Source: Ginglymostoma cirratum
Taxonomy: Eukaryota
DNA: 64,000 nucleotides
Assembly (NCBI GenBank): GCA_024137785.1
Contig: JAHRHZ010000289.1
Span: 33,147,164 to 33,211,163 of the forward strand
Direction: 5' to 3'
Position numbers and translations under genes: made by a program. A model generated the notes under the pieces. The model ran no database searches and was not told the DNA's origin. It saw only the letters and a program-made list of their open reading frames with translations. Numbering within the stretch: the stretch's first letter is position 1; the number at the start of each line of letters is the position of its first letter. This document shows, piece by piece, positions 11,721 to 25,320 of the stretch.

Positions 11721-14700
11721 ATTGTTCCACCAAAGCAGTATCTAGCAATTTAAGAAGTTATTGCAAATTTTCCTTTGTAAGTATGAGAATGGATTCTGCA
11801 CTACAGCAGCAAATGATCCTTTGAATAACAGTGCATCACGGGTCAGCAGAGCCACATATCAGTGATAAAAAGCTCACTTCACAATTTGGGAGGGCAAATC
11901 AGAACAACATGGCCAGAATTTTAAGAAGAGGGGAGACGGTTTCCAGCTTAGCCATATTGGTGCTGAAGCTGATTTTCAGAAATCCCCTTAGCACATAACT
12001 TGCACATACATGGCTCAGACAAGTAACTGCACAGAATAAAGAGTAGCTTCCTTCAACCAGATCCAATTCTGCCAATGAATTGTTCAAAACAGGATTTGTG
12101 GTCTTTAGAGTTTTCAGGAGAAGGTTTAAAGTTGCCAGAGTTCTTTGAAAAGTTAATATACATCTTAGCTCGGTCCAGGGACATCTTTATGAATGTTAAT
12201 GCACTTTTTGAGTGAGGTCAAGTGCCCTTTGGGAATATTAAAAGCATACGTGAGTGTACTTAAAAAGTGGATTACATTTTTGGAAATGCCAAGCTACTAG
12301 AACAGTCAAGTTGTTAAGGGAACTGGCAGAGAAACTGTTAAGGGAACCATCAAGATCTCAAATCATTTAAATCTCCTGAACGTTAAATTTCTGAAATAAA
12401 AGCATGTGCAACATTTTCAAAAAATGTGCTTACTATTTTACTCTGTCTTTTGACATAAGTCCAACTATTTCATTAAAGCATTTGTAGCACATTACTGATT
12501 TCATTACATACCATTATCACAGTGGGTTATGGGTGTTTAAATTTAATTAAATGTTCCAAAAGCTTTAGAAATCTTTCAAGTGAGACTCTGAATGAAAATA
12601 TTCGTGTTTATAAGGAAGATACAGTTTATAAAAGTAAATTGCTTTTTAATTCATTGAGTTTCTATTTTTTCAAAATCATGAATTCATCAATAAACACTCA
12701 AACACTTTTTTAAATAATCATTTCAACATGGTCATGACATCTGATCATGTTAGTATTAATTGAGTTGCCGTATACAATGTGAATGGGACTGGTGAGGATT
12801 TGGTTAATTTGGCAGCATTTTAGCATTGGGGATACAATGGAGCTGGCATGTGGTGCATGGGCATAGGTTGGGATGGAGAGTATGAGGCACCATGGTAATA
12901 ACTGGGAGTGGTCATGAGGTCACTTTGGTTGAGGTTAATGGGTGCATATGGTGAGGCAAGCAAATGTAAGGGCATAAATTTATTGCTTGTGAACAGCTAC
13001 AATGATGTCTGAAATCATTGAGATTGCCCTGATGAACAGCTCGATTGTGGATTGAAAATCTAAATATCCAAAGTATTTTCTCCTGAATCAAATCTGTGGA
13101 AATAGGAATTATCCTGATTCCAGTGTCTCGAATCATGAGTGTAAATGCATTTTGAAGTGTTTATACTTCCTCCCCTAAATGTTTAGTCCTTCTGAATTTT
13201 ACACTTTAAAACCTTTTGCCAAATACAGTAGAAACCACTTATTAAGAGTACAATAGGTGTGAGTGTCAGGTTCTAATCTTACACAGAGTACTATTCACTC
13301 ACTATTCATTCAAGTATTTTCAGTTTCACCGATATATTTCCATTGTGAATCAACAATTTCAACCATTGTTTTAAAGGCAAACTGCTTCCTCTTTATACTG
13401 CAAGTACAGCAGGAAAATAACTGCAAACCAGCTATTGCCGATAAAAGCATTCAAGCACAGAATATAAATGCAGATATGTTTAATTGCATACTTCTTGTTG
13501 CCCTCAACATATCAGAAGAGGTCATGTAATCAAATGCCACTGACAGAGCCGGGTGAAGTGTAGTTTGCAGTTCATTGACAGTCAGTAATCATTTCTAATT
13601 GAAACTAATTTTCAGCAGAGTGAAATAAATCAAGCTTCGGGTTCTGATTCTGACTATGCCTATGGGGGCAACAAAAATGATATACAATTTCACAATCTCA
13701 CAGTGACAGAGGTGTTTTAACTAAGAGAAGGAAAGGAAGGTGTTCTCAGCAACAAATTTATTCAATTTGATAGGTTTGGGAGACCAATGGTATCTTATAA
13801 TGGGTATCATTTACAAAGTACATAAGTTATGCAAGTTCAGCAAATTAGATGAGACATCAGAAGTTGGTTCTTTCATAGAAAGCGAATGGTACAAGTTCCT
13901 GGCTCATGCAGTCAGTCTGTATTTGCTGCACATTTTCAGAAAAGAGCTCAATGTTTTCCAGTTAAACAAACATAATATCATTGAAATGGTTCATAAGTAG
14001 GGAGCAATATAAAATATGCTAAACTTTCAAAAGTCTCTCTTTCAAAATTCTTGGTCTCTGTGAGAATACAGAATGTTGAGGAAAGTAAAACATTACATTT
14101 ATTAAGAAACACCACATTGCGGCTCCATCTTGGCACAGGTTGTATGAGGGAGAGAATAACATCATGTGACATTGACATCACTCTATCACATAAGCACATT
14201 ACTAGGTTAGAAGTGACCCCTTATGTTACAATTTGGACTAGTTTTGATCTCGTACCCTACTTTTCTCCTGATTTGAGTTGCCTCCGCCCAGAGATTTTAG
14301 GCTGGATTACGAATCCTCACGAGGTCTAGAAATGGAGTTGTACAGGTGTGAAAAATAACTACAAAGGGCCAGTATTCCAGTTTTGTGACTCCACTCCCTG
14401 CCTCTTGCCATGTTCCTAGCGGCAGCATGGGTACCTGCAGCAGGGTCTGCATGCAGTGAGTTGCTGACTTAACTGAAGAATGGCCAATTAAAGCCATTTA
14501 AAGGAAGCCAATGGGTATTTTGTCCAGGTTCCTGGAGGGCATTGGAGCCAATGCTGTTGCCTAGAAATGAAGACCCAGCACACCAGGCAGATCTGGAGTC
14601 CCTTACTGCCTGCCCGGACAGTGCAACAACTGCTCCAATCTGTTGAGAGGGTTCTCATTCCACATCGTGGCATTAATTAAAACAAACTTAAAAGTCCAAA

Positions 14701-15339
14701 TGCAAAAAGAAATGATGTTAAAATATATACGAGTCAAACACCTTTGTCTCAGCACATAAGAGATTTTCGAATTGAAAGGATGGAAATCTTGTGAATGAGT
14801 TTCTGTGAATGAGTGTGTTCATTAAAAGAGACGGCTGCAATAAACACTTGAGCTTTGTTTCATTTAATTTCAGACTTGCTCCTGAGGTTTTCTCATGGTG
14901 CCTAATGGGCATGTTGGCATCATAGATGTAAGGAAAAAGTATATTGGTGAGGGCATGGGTTGGCATAAATTGCCACGTGAGATAAAAAAGGTTGTGGGAG
15001 AGATTGAGGGAGGGTAGATGCATCGGATGGAATGGTGGGGTAGGAGGATTATTGGGCAGTCAATGGAAGATATGTGGTGGTATGGTTTGGCACAGATTGG
15101 CCATAGCATATGGGTATGAAATGAAGGCTGAAGGACAGGGTGTTATTTCTGATTTATCTTCTTAAAAGCTTTAATAAAGTGCTGGAGCAATGAGGCAACC
15201 TTCCAGCCACACTTTCTCCAATCGCTGTAGCTTCAATTGTCATTCTTAGGCTGTCTGGCTTGAATCCAGAAAATTTAGCTGCCTGGGATTTGAAATTCTA
15301 ATTTGGGAATGCAGTGTAAGAATAAAACTTCTTTTTCCA

Positions 15340-15515
15340 GAAAGAAATGGAGGCTTGAATTTATTCAAGACAGAGTTAGTTAGACAGACAGGAGAGAGAA
15401 CGTTTGTTGGGGATGGACAGAAAGATACAGTTGAGATCACTCATGTTCTTATCGAATTCTAGAGAATTCTCAAAGGATCAAATGGCCTACTGCTGTTTGG
15501 AAATCCAATGTTCCT
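15340..15515 (+). mobile_element. CR1 3' UTR fragment
   Basis: ttgaatttattcaagacagagttag..tcaaaggatcaaatggcctactgctg matches the tails at 35750-35925 and 63600-63775. Confidence 0.55.
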
Positions 15516-15578
15516 AAGCACAAACTGGTCAAACATACTGAGATACAATTCAGGGTCTGGTGGGTCAAAGCTCACTGT

Positions 15579-16645
15579 TGTTATGACCACGGGTCATAGT
15601 TCTGAATTACTTTGGAAGATACAGAGCTTTTAAGTAAAAAGGATTGTTTTGTTTTCTTAAAAAAAAAAATACAAACAGGGATGGCTGAAAATGCAAAGCA
15701 GCAACCACTGTAAGATTACATCCAGCCTTGAGAGAGACCACGGAATGTCACACTTCAAAGAGTGTCAATGAGGGTGCCATCTAATTTTCTTACTAGTTGT
15801 ATTAGCCTCCGAGTTTCATACTCGGTTTCTAGAGCCGAAAATTAATGCTGTGATCAGTGTACCAATATCTATCACTGTGTATATAGTATCAAGGAGCGTG
15901 TGCAGCTGTGAGGCTTAGTGCAAATGTTGGTGTCAATGAATGTCAGAAAGGTACTTCAAACGAGGAGATACAATGCAAAAACTGAACCACCTCCTGTGAG
16001 TTACATCCCCAGACTCCAGACTTAATGTGATTAAAAGAAAGCAGTCTGGGTGAAAGACAAGTCTGTCTTATCCCCTGCCAGGAATACAAAAGAGAAGTGA
16101 TTTAAAAAATCCACCGTGGGTGTGTTTATGTTAGCCTAATGATCCCGTGCTGTTTGGCTAGAGTGTGCTGTGAAGGTTAGAAGTGCAAACATCCACTAGA
16201 TATTCCTGCAATTAGAAAAAGAAAGGATGGAAAGTTGTGGTCTCTGTTTGTCTCTCTCTCTCTCTCTCTTTCTGACTGCTGGAATCAAGTCACTGGTCAA
16301 AAGCAAAATTGAAAAGGTCAATTCCTCTCAGTGAATCTGCAGAACTAAAGTCTCCAAACCAAGTGCTTAATTGCTACTGGAATCACCAAACTTAACAGTG
16401 AGAATGTTTCACCATTTCCTCTGCAAAGACAAACAAGACTGATTAGTTTTTTTCTAAACTGTTAAATTTTTATTCACTTCTCATTTCCAATCTACCCTGT
16501 GCTTCTTTTATCATTACATCTCAGTAAATTCACACTTTCTTTAACTTGTTAAATTTGTTCCTACTAAAAGACAAATAAAATAGAATTGGGAAAGTTATCA
16601 TTGAAGGATGGGATCCTTTGTTTTAAGTCAACCATGCTGCAACCT
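15579..16645. mobile_element. LTR-like insert (TGTTATGACC start), right end probably truncated by the LINE
   Basis: Begins TGTTATG like the inserts at 17902 and 38551. It has an internal (CT)n and a cagtaaattcac polyA-like region. No 3' terminus confirmed. Confidence 0.4.
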
Positions 16646-18887
16646 TCAGCCAGAATTGTTAAGTGGACGATTCATCTCGGCCTCCTCCAGTAATCCCCAG
16701 CATTATAGATACCAGTGCCAGCCAATATGATTCACTCCACATGATATCAAGAAACAGTTGGAGGCACTGGTACTCCAAAGGCTATGGGCCCTGACAATAT
16801 TCCAGCAACAATACTAAAGAGTTGTGTTCCAGAACTTGCCAATCCTCAAGCCAAGTTGTTCCAGTACAGTTACAACACTGGCATCTACCCCACTATCGAA
16901 AAAATTGCCAAGGTAAGTCCTCTACACAAAAAAGCAGGGCAAATCCAATCCAGCCAGTTACCTCTTATGAGTCTACTCTCAATCTTCAGAAAGTGATGGA
17001 AAGGATCATCAACAGTGCTATCAAACAGCACCTGCTCAGAAATAACCTGCTCAGTGATGCCCATTTTGGGTTCTGCCAGGGCCACTCAGCTCTTGACCTC
17101 ATTGCAGCCTCAGTTCAAACATGGGCAAAAATGTTGAATTCTGGAGGTGAGGTGAGAGTGACAGCCCTTGATGTCAGGGCTACATTCAACTGAGTGTGGT
17201 TTCAAGGAGCCCTAGCAAAACTGGAATCAATGGGTATCGGGGGAAATCTCTCCTCTGGTTGGAGACATACCTGGAAGATACAAAGATAGTTGTGGTTGTT
17301 GGAGGTCAGTCGTTTCAGCTCCAGGGCATCTCTGCAGGAGTTCCTCACTGTAATGTCCTGAGCCCAACTATCTTCAGCTGCTTCATCATTGAACTTCCTT
17401 CGATCATAAGGTCCAAAAGTAGGGATGTTTGTTAATGATTACACAATGTTCAGCACCATTTGTGACTCCTCAGATACTAAAGCAGTCCTTGTCCAAATGC
17501 ACCAAGATCTGGACTATATCCAGGCTTGAGCTGACAAGTGGCAATTGACATTCGCACCTCAAAAATACCAGCCAATGACCATCTCCAACAGGACACAATT
17601 TAACCACCACTCCTTGACATTCAGTTTTGTTATCATCATTGAATCCCCCCAATGAACATCATTGGTGTCACCGTTGACCTGACTCATCATGTAAATACAG
17701 TGGCTACAAAAGCAGATCAGAGGCTAGGGATGTTGTGTCACCTTCTGACTCCCCTGAGTCTGTCCAACATCTACATTGCACAAGTCAAGAGCATAATGGA
17801 ATATTCCCCACTTGCCAGGATGGATGTAGCCCCAACAACACTCAAGAAGCTTGACACCATTCAGGATAAAGTAGCCCACTTGATTGGCACCACATCCACA
17901 ATGTTATGGAGCAGACCAAACTACCTCAAGACATAACAAGGAGATAGCCCAAACCCTAACATCTTTCTTATGTTAAAAGCAAGTTCCAGGCATTGCATTC
18001 CAGATGCAAGTCACCTGTCAATCTATGAAGCTTAAAGCAAAACACACTTTATTCATGCTGTATAGTTAAAGTGCAGACAAAATAAAAGAATTGGCTTAAC
18101 TGCAACTCTATTGAAATACCTAACAACATAATAAACTATTTATTAACTATTCCATTACAGTAATATCTCTTGGCAAAAGCAAAGTCAGTAAAACAACTTG
18201 TCTTATATGCAATTCTAGCAGCAGGAAGTAAACCCATGCTTTTAGCTGTAACAAAGAAAGAGAGAGATGAAGCAGCTTTCATAACCCAACAGCTACTGAA
18301 AGTTTAAACTAAAATCCTGGTTCTGTGGGAGCTTGACCCCACCCATTCAGGCTTCTTCTAATGTCCCAATTTCAAAAAATAAACCCAAGGCCTCTTTTAT
18401 TTTATTAGTTTGAAGCAGACTGCCCACCACATCTGTCTCAACTTCTCTTCATTAAAAAAATTCAGGACATAATACTTCTCTTGAAGCCATAGTATCATCA
18501 TAGTATCCACTCCCTCTACCACCAGCACTCAGTTGCAGTAGTGTGTTCTACCCACAAGATGCACTACAGATATTCACCAAAATCCTCAGACAGCACCTTC
18601 CAAACACATGATCATTTCCATTTAGAAGCACAATGGCAGAAGACATATGGATATACCACTATGTGCAAGTTCCCCTCCAAGCCACTCACCATCCTGACTT
18701 TGAAACATATTGCTGTTCCTTCACTGTCACTGGATCAACATGCTGGAGTTTCCTTCCTAGTGGCATTGTGGGTTAAACTACATGACATGGACTGCAGCGG
18801 TTCAAGGTGGCTGTTCACCATCAACTTCTCAATGGCAATTTGAGTCGGCAATAAATGCTGGCCAATCAGCAATGCCCACGTTCCATG
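16646..18887 (+). mobile_element. CR1/L2-group LINE, RT and 3' end, frameshifted
   Basis: KAMGPDNIPATILK..ELA..AKLFQYS, LLSDAHFGF.QGHSA.DL, RVTALDV.ATFN, AGVP...VLSPTIFSCFI, IYIAQVKSIMEYSP. Tail ggcaataaatgctggccaa..cccac. Confidence 0.9.
17902..18502. mobile_element. 601-bp LTR-like (TG..CA-type) insertion within the LINE
   Basis: Starts TGTTATGG and ends ..TCATCATA. LINE sequence resumes exactly on both sides (ccacaa|gtatccactccc). Confidence 0.7.
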
Positions 18888-20119
18888 ACTGCTGGCCTCT
18901 GTGCTGGGGGGATGGTGGATCTTGAATAAAGAAGAGGTTCCAATTTCTCCCCCCTCATCTGAGATCATGACAAATTGGGAGCGCTGGTCATAACATTGCA
19001 TTGTACAGGGTAATGGTTCTCAAAGGCTTATTATTAGATGCTGCATTAAGCATTAAGCTTCACCAGTGTGGTGGTATTATCTGGCTTAGGGGTGGAGAAG
19101 GTAGAACAGTGTAGGTTCTTGTACAGTGAAGAGTTTTATCTTCAATCTCTCAATAATCTTAGTAACAATGCTTATCTTACTAATGTAAGTTACACCGGAT
19201 TACTAACATGCAATAAAAATATTGGGTTCAAGAAAAGAGATTCAGGATACTGAAAAAGAAAATGCCTTTTTCAACTGAGCATCCATCTTCCATGATGGGA
19301 ATTCATGAGATTAACAATCCCTAGATTATGTTCCGGAGCAGCTACATGAGTCAGCAGGGAAAAGTGATACTGCAAAAGAAACTCAGGAGGTTAAAGGTGC
19401 TATAGATAAGTAACATCCTCAGGGAAGGACATCCAAGAGATGAAAGGCCTCTGAAAGACTTCAGAGCTCAAGTACAGTCAAGACCAGAACCACGGTCAGA
19501 GGTCCTGAGGACAAAGTTTCACTAAACTTCCAAATTTGTAGGGTGACTGGGTAGTTCCAATTCTGGTGGGGAGCCAATGCCAAAGTAGCTTCTGGATGAT
19601 GACCAGAAGCTTAAAAGGAGGGGCTTCAGTATCTTCAGGGCTGGGAGAGTAAGAGATCTTGGGAGGTTAACACATCATCCGGAATGAGGATCAGGTGCTT
19701 GAGGGGGTGGGGATATTCAATCATGGAGTTTGTCAAGCCAGGTCTACTGGATCAAGCAAGTATGTCAATATTTGTTTACATTTCTGATACCTTCAGTCCT
19801 CACCTGTCAAGTTTCCCAAGGCTCAAAAAATCCATCTGTCCACAGTTCAAAATGCTGAATAAGTGAGACTGTCAGCTTCTTTAAATGGGTCGATACCTGC
19901 TTCCCTATCCCATTTCTGTTCAAATCAGAAATGGCCAGGTTGCAGGTGCAATTCAACCTCCCACACAATCCAAACTGACTGTTTTCTTTTAGGATTAAAA
20001 TGGATAAAGATTATATGGAAGACTTTCTCCCCAGCTGTGAACATACAGCCGAGTTTCCATGCTGTAAACTCTATAAGGTGTGTTAGCTGAATGATAACTT
20101 GTTAGCTCGCGCTCTAAGA

Positions 20120-20212
20120 TAACTCCCCTCCTGTTCTTCAAGCGTTGCAATGATATCTTCTAAATAAAAGACAGACTGGGCCTCAGTTAAATGCCTCATC
20201 TAAGAGGGACAT
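20120..20212 (-). mobile_element. Old Deu-domain-like SINE fragment
   Basis: gggcctcagttaaatgcctcatctaagagggac resembles the reverse complement of the DeuSINE core (CCTCGGTTTAACGTCTCATCCGAAAGAC) as I recall it. Confidence 0.4.
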
Positions 20213-20704
20213 GCATAAAAAATATAAACAGCCTCAAGCAAAATTAGTGATACTGAGAAGTGTTATCTTTTCCCAAAAGAACAATAAAAATGTAGAATCT
20301 CGACATACTAAATCAAACAGATGCTGGAATAATTAGCCCGGTTATGTTGCTGTGTTCTGAAGTGGATTAAAGGATACAAAGCATAGGCAAAAATATTAAA
20401 TATTTTACAGATAAGGGCTGAAATCATGGAAATGCCATTTCAATAATCAGTGTTTAATGAAGTGGATGTTAATGTTAGATTGGTGCTAGAAGCTGTTTAA
20501 AATGATCCACGGCCTGAGGAAGATTATCATAAAGTTTTATCGCCAGATTTCACTAAGTCAGTCCCTTTTCTCAATATTCTATAATAGTCATAAAAGACTA
20601 TTTGATAGTGCAATCAGTCTTTCCTCATTGAATTAGGTTTAACCACTGCCAGGTTTTACTTCAGCACATGCTATCATTAACTCACAAGAAAGAATATTAG
20701 AAAG

Positions 20705-20790
20705 TTAGACAAAAACAGAAATTGCTGATAAAACTCAACAGGTCTGGCAGCATCTGTGAAGAGAAAGCAGTATTAACAATTTGGGTTCAA
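20705..20790 (-). mobile_element. PLE terminal fragment (short pLTR family)
   Basis: aaaacagaaattgctgataaaactcaacaggtctggcagcatctgtg is the reverse complement of the tail at 38720-38850. Confidence 0.6.
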
Positions 20791-21387
20791 AAAGTTGTTA
20801 CACAGTTACAGAAGATGGTTTTACCATTCACCAAGCTAAGAAATAAAGACACACGTCAGTTTCACAACATCATCCATGTAACAATGAACAGAAGGTTACG
20901 CTTCCAGAAAAATTAATATTGTTAAAGCAAATTTTCATCTCATTTTCCCTCATTGCAAACATTGAGCAGAATAGATTACAAACACCATTAACTGTGATAG
21001 GGTGAGACCTTGGGCAGATTAACAATGAACCACAATTATATTTCAGTAATTGAAAAGCATAAGTATTTGAATGTAAAGCTATAAATACAGAAACAATCTA
21101 TGATGGGTATAATTGATAACACAGATGCAATTTAACATGATGATATCACCACATTGACAATTTATCAATTCTCCTTCTAAAAAGCATTATAAATGCTTTA
21201 ATTTACACAACACTATCTTGTCCCTTCAACAAGAAGCTATTTTTGTCCTGAAAAGGGAGATTCACTTGCATCATTAATTTGGAAAACATATTTAGTATAT
21301 CTTTCTTCTACTCATTTTGCATTGAAAACCTGGCACAGCACCCTTCAAGGAACATAATCTCTAAATCCCTCTTCCATGGAAAAGAAA

Positions 21388-21470
21388 TATGTATGTATAT
21401 ATGTATCTCTCTCTCTCTCACATGCGCGCACACACACGCACGCACAAACACACACACAACATATACACAC
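21388..21470. repeat. Compound microsatellite (TA/CT/CA)
   Basis: atgtatgtatatatgtatctctctctctctcacatgcgcgcacacacacgcacgcacaaacacacacac. Confidence 0.9.
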
Positions 21471-23240
21471 ACCTATATTGCCTGTCAAAATGTCTGCTAA
21501 TTCAGGTCAGAAAGTGCACAGAGATCAGAAACTCAAAGGCTCATGACACCAGCTGGCATAGTGTGCATGTCTTTGGCAAGAATCTGAGGTAATTAACTGA
21601 GATGCTTTGGACTCTTTTGAGCAGAACTGCTCAAGCCTGCAATTAAAAAAAAACTCCAGAAGATCACATACACCCAACTTCCTTCGATACGCACCAGTTT
21701 TCTCAATAATGACATGAAGCAAAAATAATGACTATTTTCGCTGCCATCAATCAAGTGACAGTGCTTTTATGATTAGGAGTACATTATTTCACTGATTTCA
21801 TTATAACAGCATGTGGTATTCCATTTAAAATGTATAATTTGCCTTGCTTTGTAACTTTTTTTCTTGCCTATACACTGCTGTGCACACACGTCAAACAGCA
21901 GCATCCCCCACTGGAGAACTAAGGGCAGAATAGGATTTTAGTGCAGTTGAATATTGCTGATCTCCATGGATGCATGCTGTTAGTTTTTAACGATGCTAAC
22001 AGATTTTTTGCCTAACACTCTATCCTCACCGCCTACAAGACAGTAAATGCCTACTTCAATTTGCAGTGTTTGGAATTCATAAAGGCTCTGATAACTGAAA
22101 ATTACACTGTAAAACATGCCTTTCTTTGAAAGCACTTAATATTACACTATCTATGGTGCTTGCCTAACAAACTAGCTTCAAGCTAGGGACATTCTCTGAA
22201 AAGGGACTTTCGTTTGGCTTCTGTGTTAATAAAAAAATTGTAAATGATGGTTCTGAGATCAGGGCACTACAGAAGGACCGATATATCATGTGGAGATGAA
22301 GAGAAGCCTGGTTATGAGTTATGGCTGCAATCTAATCAAGTGGTTCTGATGGATTGTATGCAGAACAATGAATACCAGAGTTCAATTTTAAAGCACATAT
22401 CATATTTCTGTAGATTTTAAATGAAGGTCCCATTGAAACTGCCCCAACAAGTTTGCTTGTTGCCAATTTCAGTGCTGCACCCACTGCAATGTACTAGTAT
22501 GTTATTTCCCACACAAACCATCCCCTGTGGTCACTCATATTAATGCAGCCAATTTATGCTGTAACCATCATGGCTCAGAGGGAGGGTGCTTTTGCATATC
22601 ATCAATCTGTGCTGGAGTCAAACCGAAAACTCAATAGATGGAGAGGCCATTTCACAAAACGCCTGCATAAAAGGAAAAGGCAAAACCATTTCATTTCGTA
22701 TCTTCCCCTTGTCCCAAAATTCTTGCAGTTACATTCAGAATTCCAACATCAAACATTCATTTCAGGTTTGCTTAGCCATATGCATAATTGATTCACAACA
22801 AGAAAGATTTAAGGAGCATATTGCGTTTGATTCTCATTGTTATTCCATTAAAAGAGTCATGAAAAGAATAGCTGGATATGTGCTTGAGATGAGTTATATC
22901 TATAATAAGTCAGAGAGGTTGCATAATGAACTAATGTCCATTTCATTTCATGAATGAAAAGACTTCAGGATAATTTAGGACTGTATTTTTGTTTTCTCTA
23001 GATCACTTGCATTGCTGCTGCATAGCAGAACCTGACATGAATTTCCTGCATCACCTCAAGGCCACCTCTGCTTCTGACTGTCACCACTCAAAACCAATGT
23101 TACACCTCCTTGTGGCACATCAGTAGGAGTTGGCAGGAGGAACATTTACCAAGTTGCATTGTGCAGCCAACATCAGTTTCTGAGACAGGCAGCACCTTGG
23201 GTTGTAGAGAAGCCTTCTACTTTTAGATATCAGCATGGGT

Positions 23241-23490
23241 TTTATAAGAAATAGGAACAGGAGTGGGCTATTCAGTGTCTCAAACCTGCTCTGCCACTCA
23301 ATCAGATCATGGCTGATCTGACATCCCTCATACCCACTTTCCCGCATTTTCCCTCTAACCCTTGACTGATCAAGAATCTACACATCTCAGATTTAAATAT
23401 ACTCAAGGACTTTGCCCCATTAGCTCTCTGTGGCAAGAGTTCTTAAGTCTTACAACCTTCTGACAGGAGAAATTCCTCCCCACCTCAGTG
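23241..23490 (-). mobile_element. CR1 3' UTR fragment
   Basis: ataagaaataggaacaggagtgggctattcag..ccactcaatcagatcatggctgatct is the reverse complement of the tail at 63700-63775. Confidence 0.75.
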
Positions 23491-24049
23491 CCAATATCTG
23501 AGTCCCAATTGTGCTCTGAATGGTAGGGCACCCACCAAGGAGATTGTGCAGCCAAAGAGGTTGCTTCCAAGACTGAGTATCAAATTAAGGATGATGTGTA
23601 AGTCCCTGAGGCTGAAGACCTACCCAAATCAGGGGACCTACAATGTTAGAAAGGGACACCATCCCAAACTCCCTGTTGTTGGAGGCTGCAAGTGAGTTGG
23701 TCTCTGTCTTGATGTGCTTTGCATTGAATTAAATAAATGATCATTGCAGTTGCCAGGCCATACCTGTGCTTTGCTCCTGCCATAAAAATATTGGTTTTCC
23801 CTTGTATTAGCGGTTTTGCAAATTGTCCAGATGATTGTAAGATGCAAAGCTTCAACAAAATGTGTTTTTGTCAGCAATAATCAGCATCTGTAGGACCAAA
23901 TTATTACTCATTTTACACATGGTGGGCAGGCTGCTGATTTGAGCCAGCCCACCATATGTATTCCAGGGGAATGGTTTGTAGGTGTATGGGCTAGCGTTCC
24001 TCTCTATATCACCTGCAACCCCACTACCCAACATGCATAATATCAGCCC

Positions 24050-24415
24050 AATGTGACATTATTCTGCGTATTCTTGCTTTTCAAAATCCCCCATGACTTC
24101 ACGCCCCCATCTGTGAAATCTCCTCTCAGGTTACAACTGTCTGAGGCATCTGGCACTCCAATTCGAACTAATCGTTCCTTGCCAATTTTAATTCAACTAC
24201 TATTGGTGGTGAAACCTCCAGTCACAAAGGCCCTGAAGTACCTCATCTCAGACTCGTCTACCACATTTTCCTCCTTTAAGACACTCCTTAAAATCTAGCT
24301 CTTTCACTAAGCTTTTAGGCATGTGACCTAATTATGTGGCGTAATTTATTTTATAATCCTCTTACAAAATACCTTGGGATGTTGTATTCTATTAAAGAGA
24401 TTGAGTAAATAGAAG
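24050..24415 (+). mobile_element. L2-like LINE 3' end
   Basis: ctcctttaagacactccttaaaatctagctctttcactaagctttt and ..ccttgggatgtt..taaatagaag(ttgc), typical of L2 tails. The last bases are split by a PLE. Confidence 0.6.
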
Positions 24416-25126
24416 CAGATAGTAGGAACTGCTGATGCTGGAGTCTGAGACAACAAGGTGTGGAGCTGGATGAACACAGCAGGCTCGGCAGCATTAGAAG
24501 AGCAGGAAAGTTGATGTTTCAGGTCTGGACTCTTCTTCAGAAATGGAGGAGGGGAAGGGGGCTCTGAAATAAATAGAGAGGGGGGAGGCAGTGATAGAAG
24601 GTGGATAGTGGAGCAGATAGGTGGAGAGAAGCCGGACAGGTCAAGGAGGCAGGGATGAAGCTAGTAGAGGTGAGTGTAGGTAGGGAGTTGGGATGGGGGT
24701 TGGTCAGTGAGGAGGGAGGGGTGAGTAGGTAGGAGGGAAGACGGACAGGTCAAGGAGGCGGGGTGAAGCTTGTAGAGGTGAGTGTAGGTAGGAAGTTGGG
24801 GTGGGGGGTGGTCAGTGAAGTGGGAGGAGCAGATAAATGGAAGAGAAGACGGACAGGTCAAGGAGGTGGGGATGAGAGTGGGGGCTGGTCTTGGGATGAG
24901 GTCGGGCTGGGGAGATTTTGAGGCTCGTAAAGCCCATATTGAGACCATTGGGTTTTTGGGTTCCAAGGCGGAATATGAGGTGCTGTTCCTCCCGTTTTCG
25001 GGTGGCATCATTGTGACACTGGAGTAGGCCCAGGGTGGATATGTTGTCCAGGGAGTGGGAGTGGGGGGGGGGGGGGGGAAGTTGAAGTGGTTTGCAACTG
25101 GGAGGTGTTGTCGTTTGTCGCGAACC
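24416..25126 (-). mobile_element. 5'-truncated PLE (GIY-YIG C-terminus plus pLTR)
   Basis: Collinear with 34462-35080. 13-bp TSD GAGTAAATAGAAG at 24403-24415 and 25127-25139. Hammerhead motif on the minus strand at 24513-24540. Confidence 0.9.
24610..24880. repeat. ~109-bp G-rich tandem repeat (about 2.4 units) inside the pLTR
   Basis: GGACAGGTCAAGGAGG recurs at 24634, 24743 and 24851. Confidence 0.85.
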
Positions 25127-25189
25127 GAGTAAATAGAAGTTGCTTTTGATATTACTCCTTAATTAGATGTTGACGTACTATTTGAGTTC

Positions 25190-25320
25190 CAAAGAAGAGT
25201 CACTGGACTGGAAATGTTAACTCTGATTCTTTTTCCACTGCCATTGCCAAAACCCTGCTGAGTTTCTCCAGCATTTTCTATTCTTGTTTCAGTATTCACA
25301 GAATTTTGATTCTATTTGGT
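25190..25320 (+). mobile_element. PLE terminal fragment with decayed hammerhead motif
   Basis: aagaagagtcactggactggaaatgttaactctg..ctgctgagtttctccagca. Confidence 0.6.
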
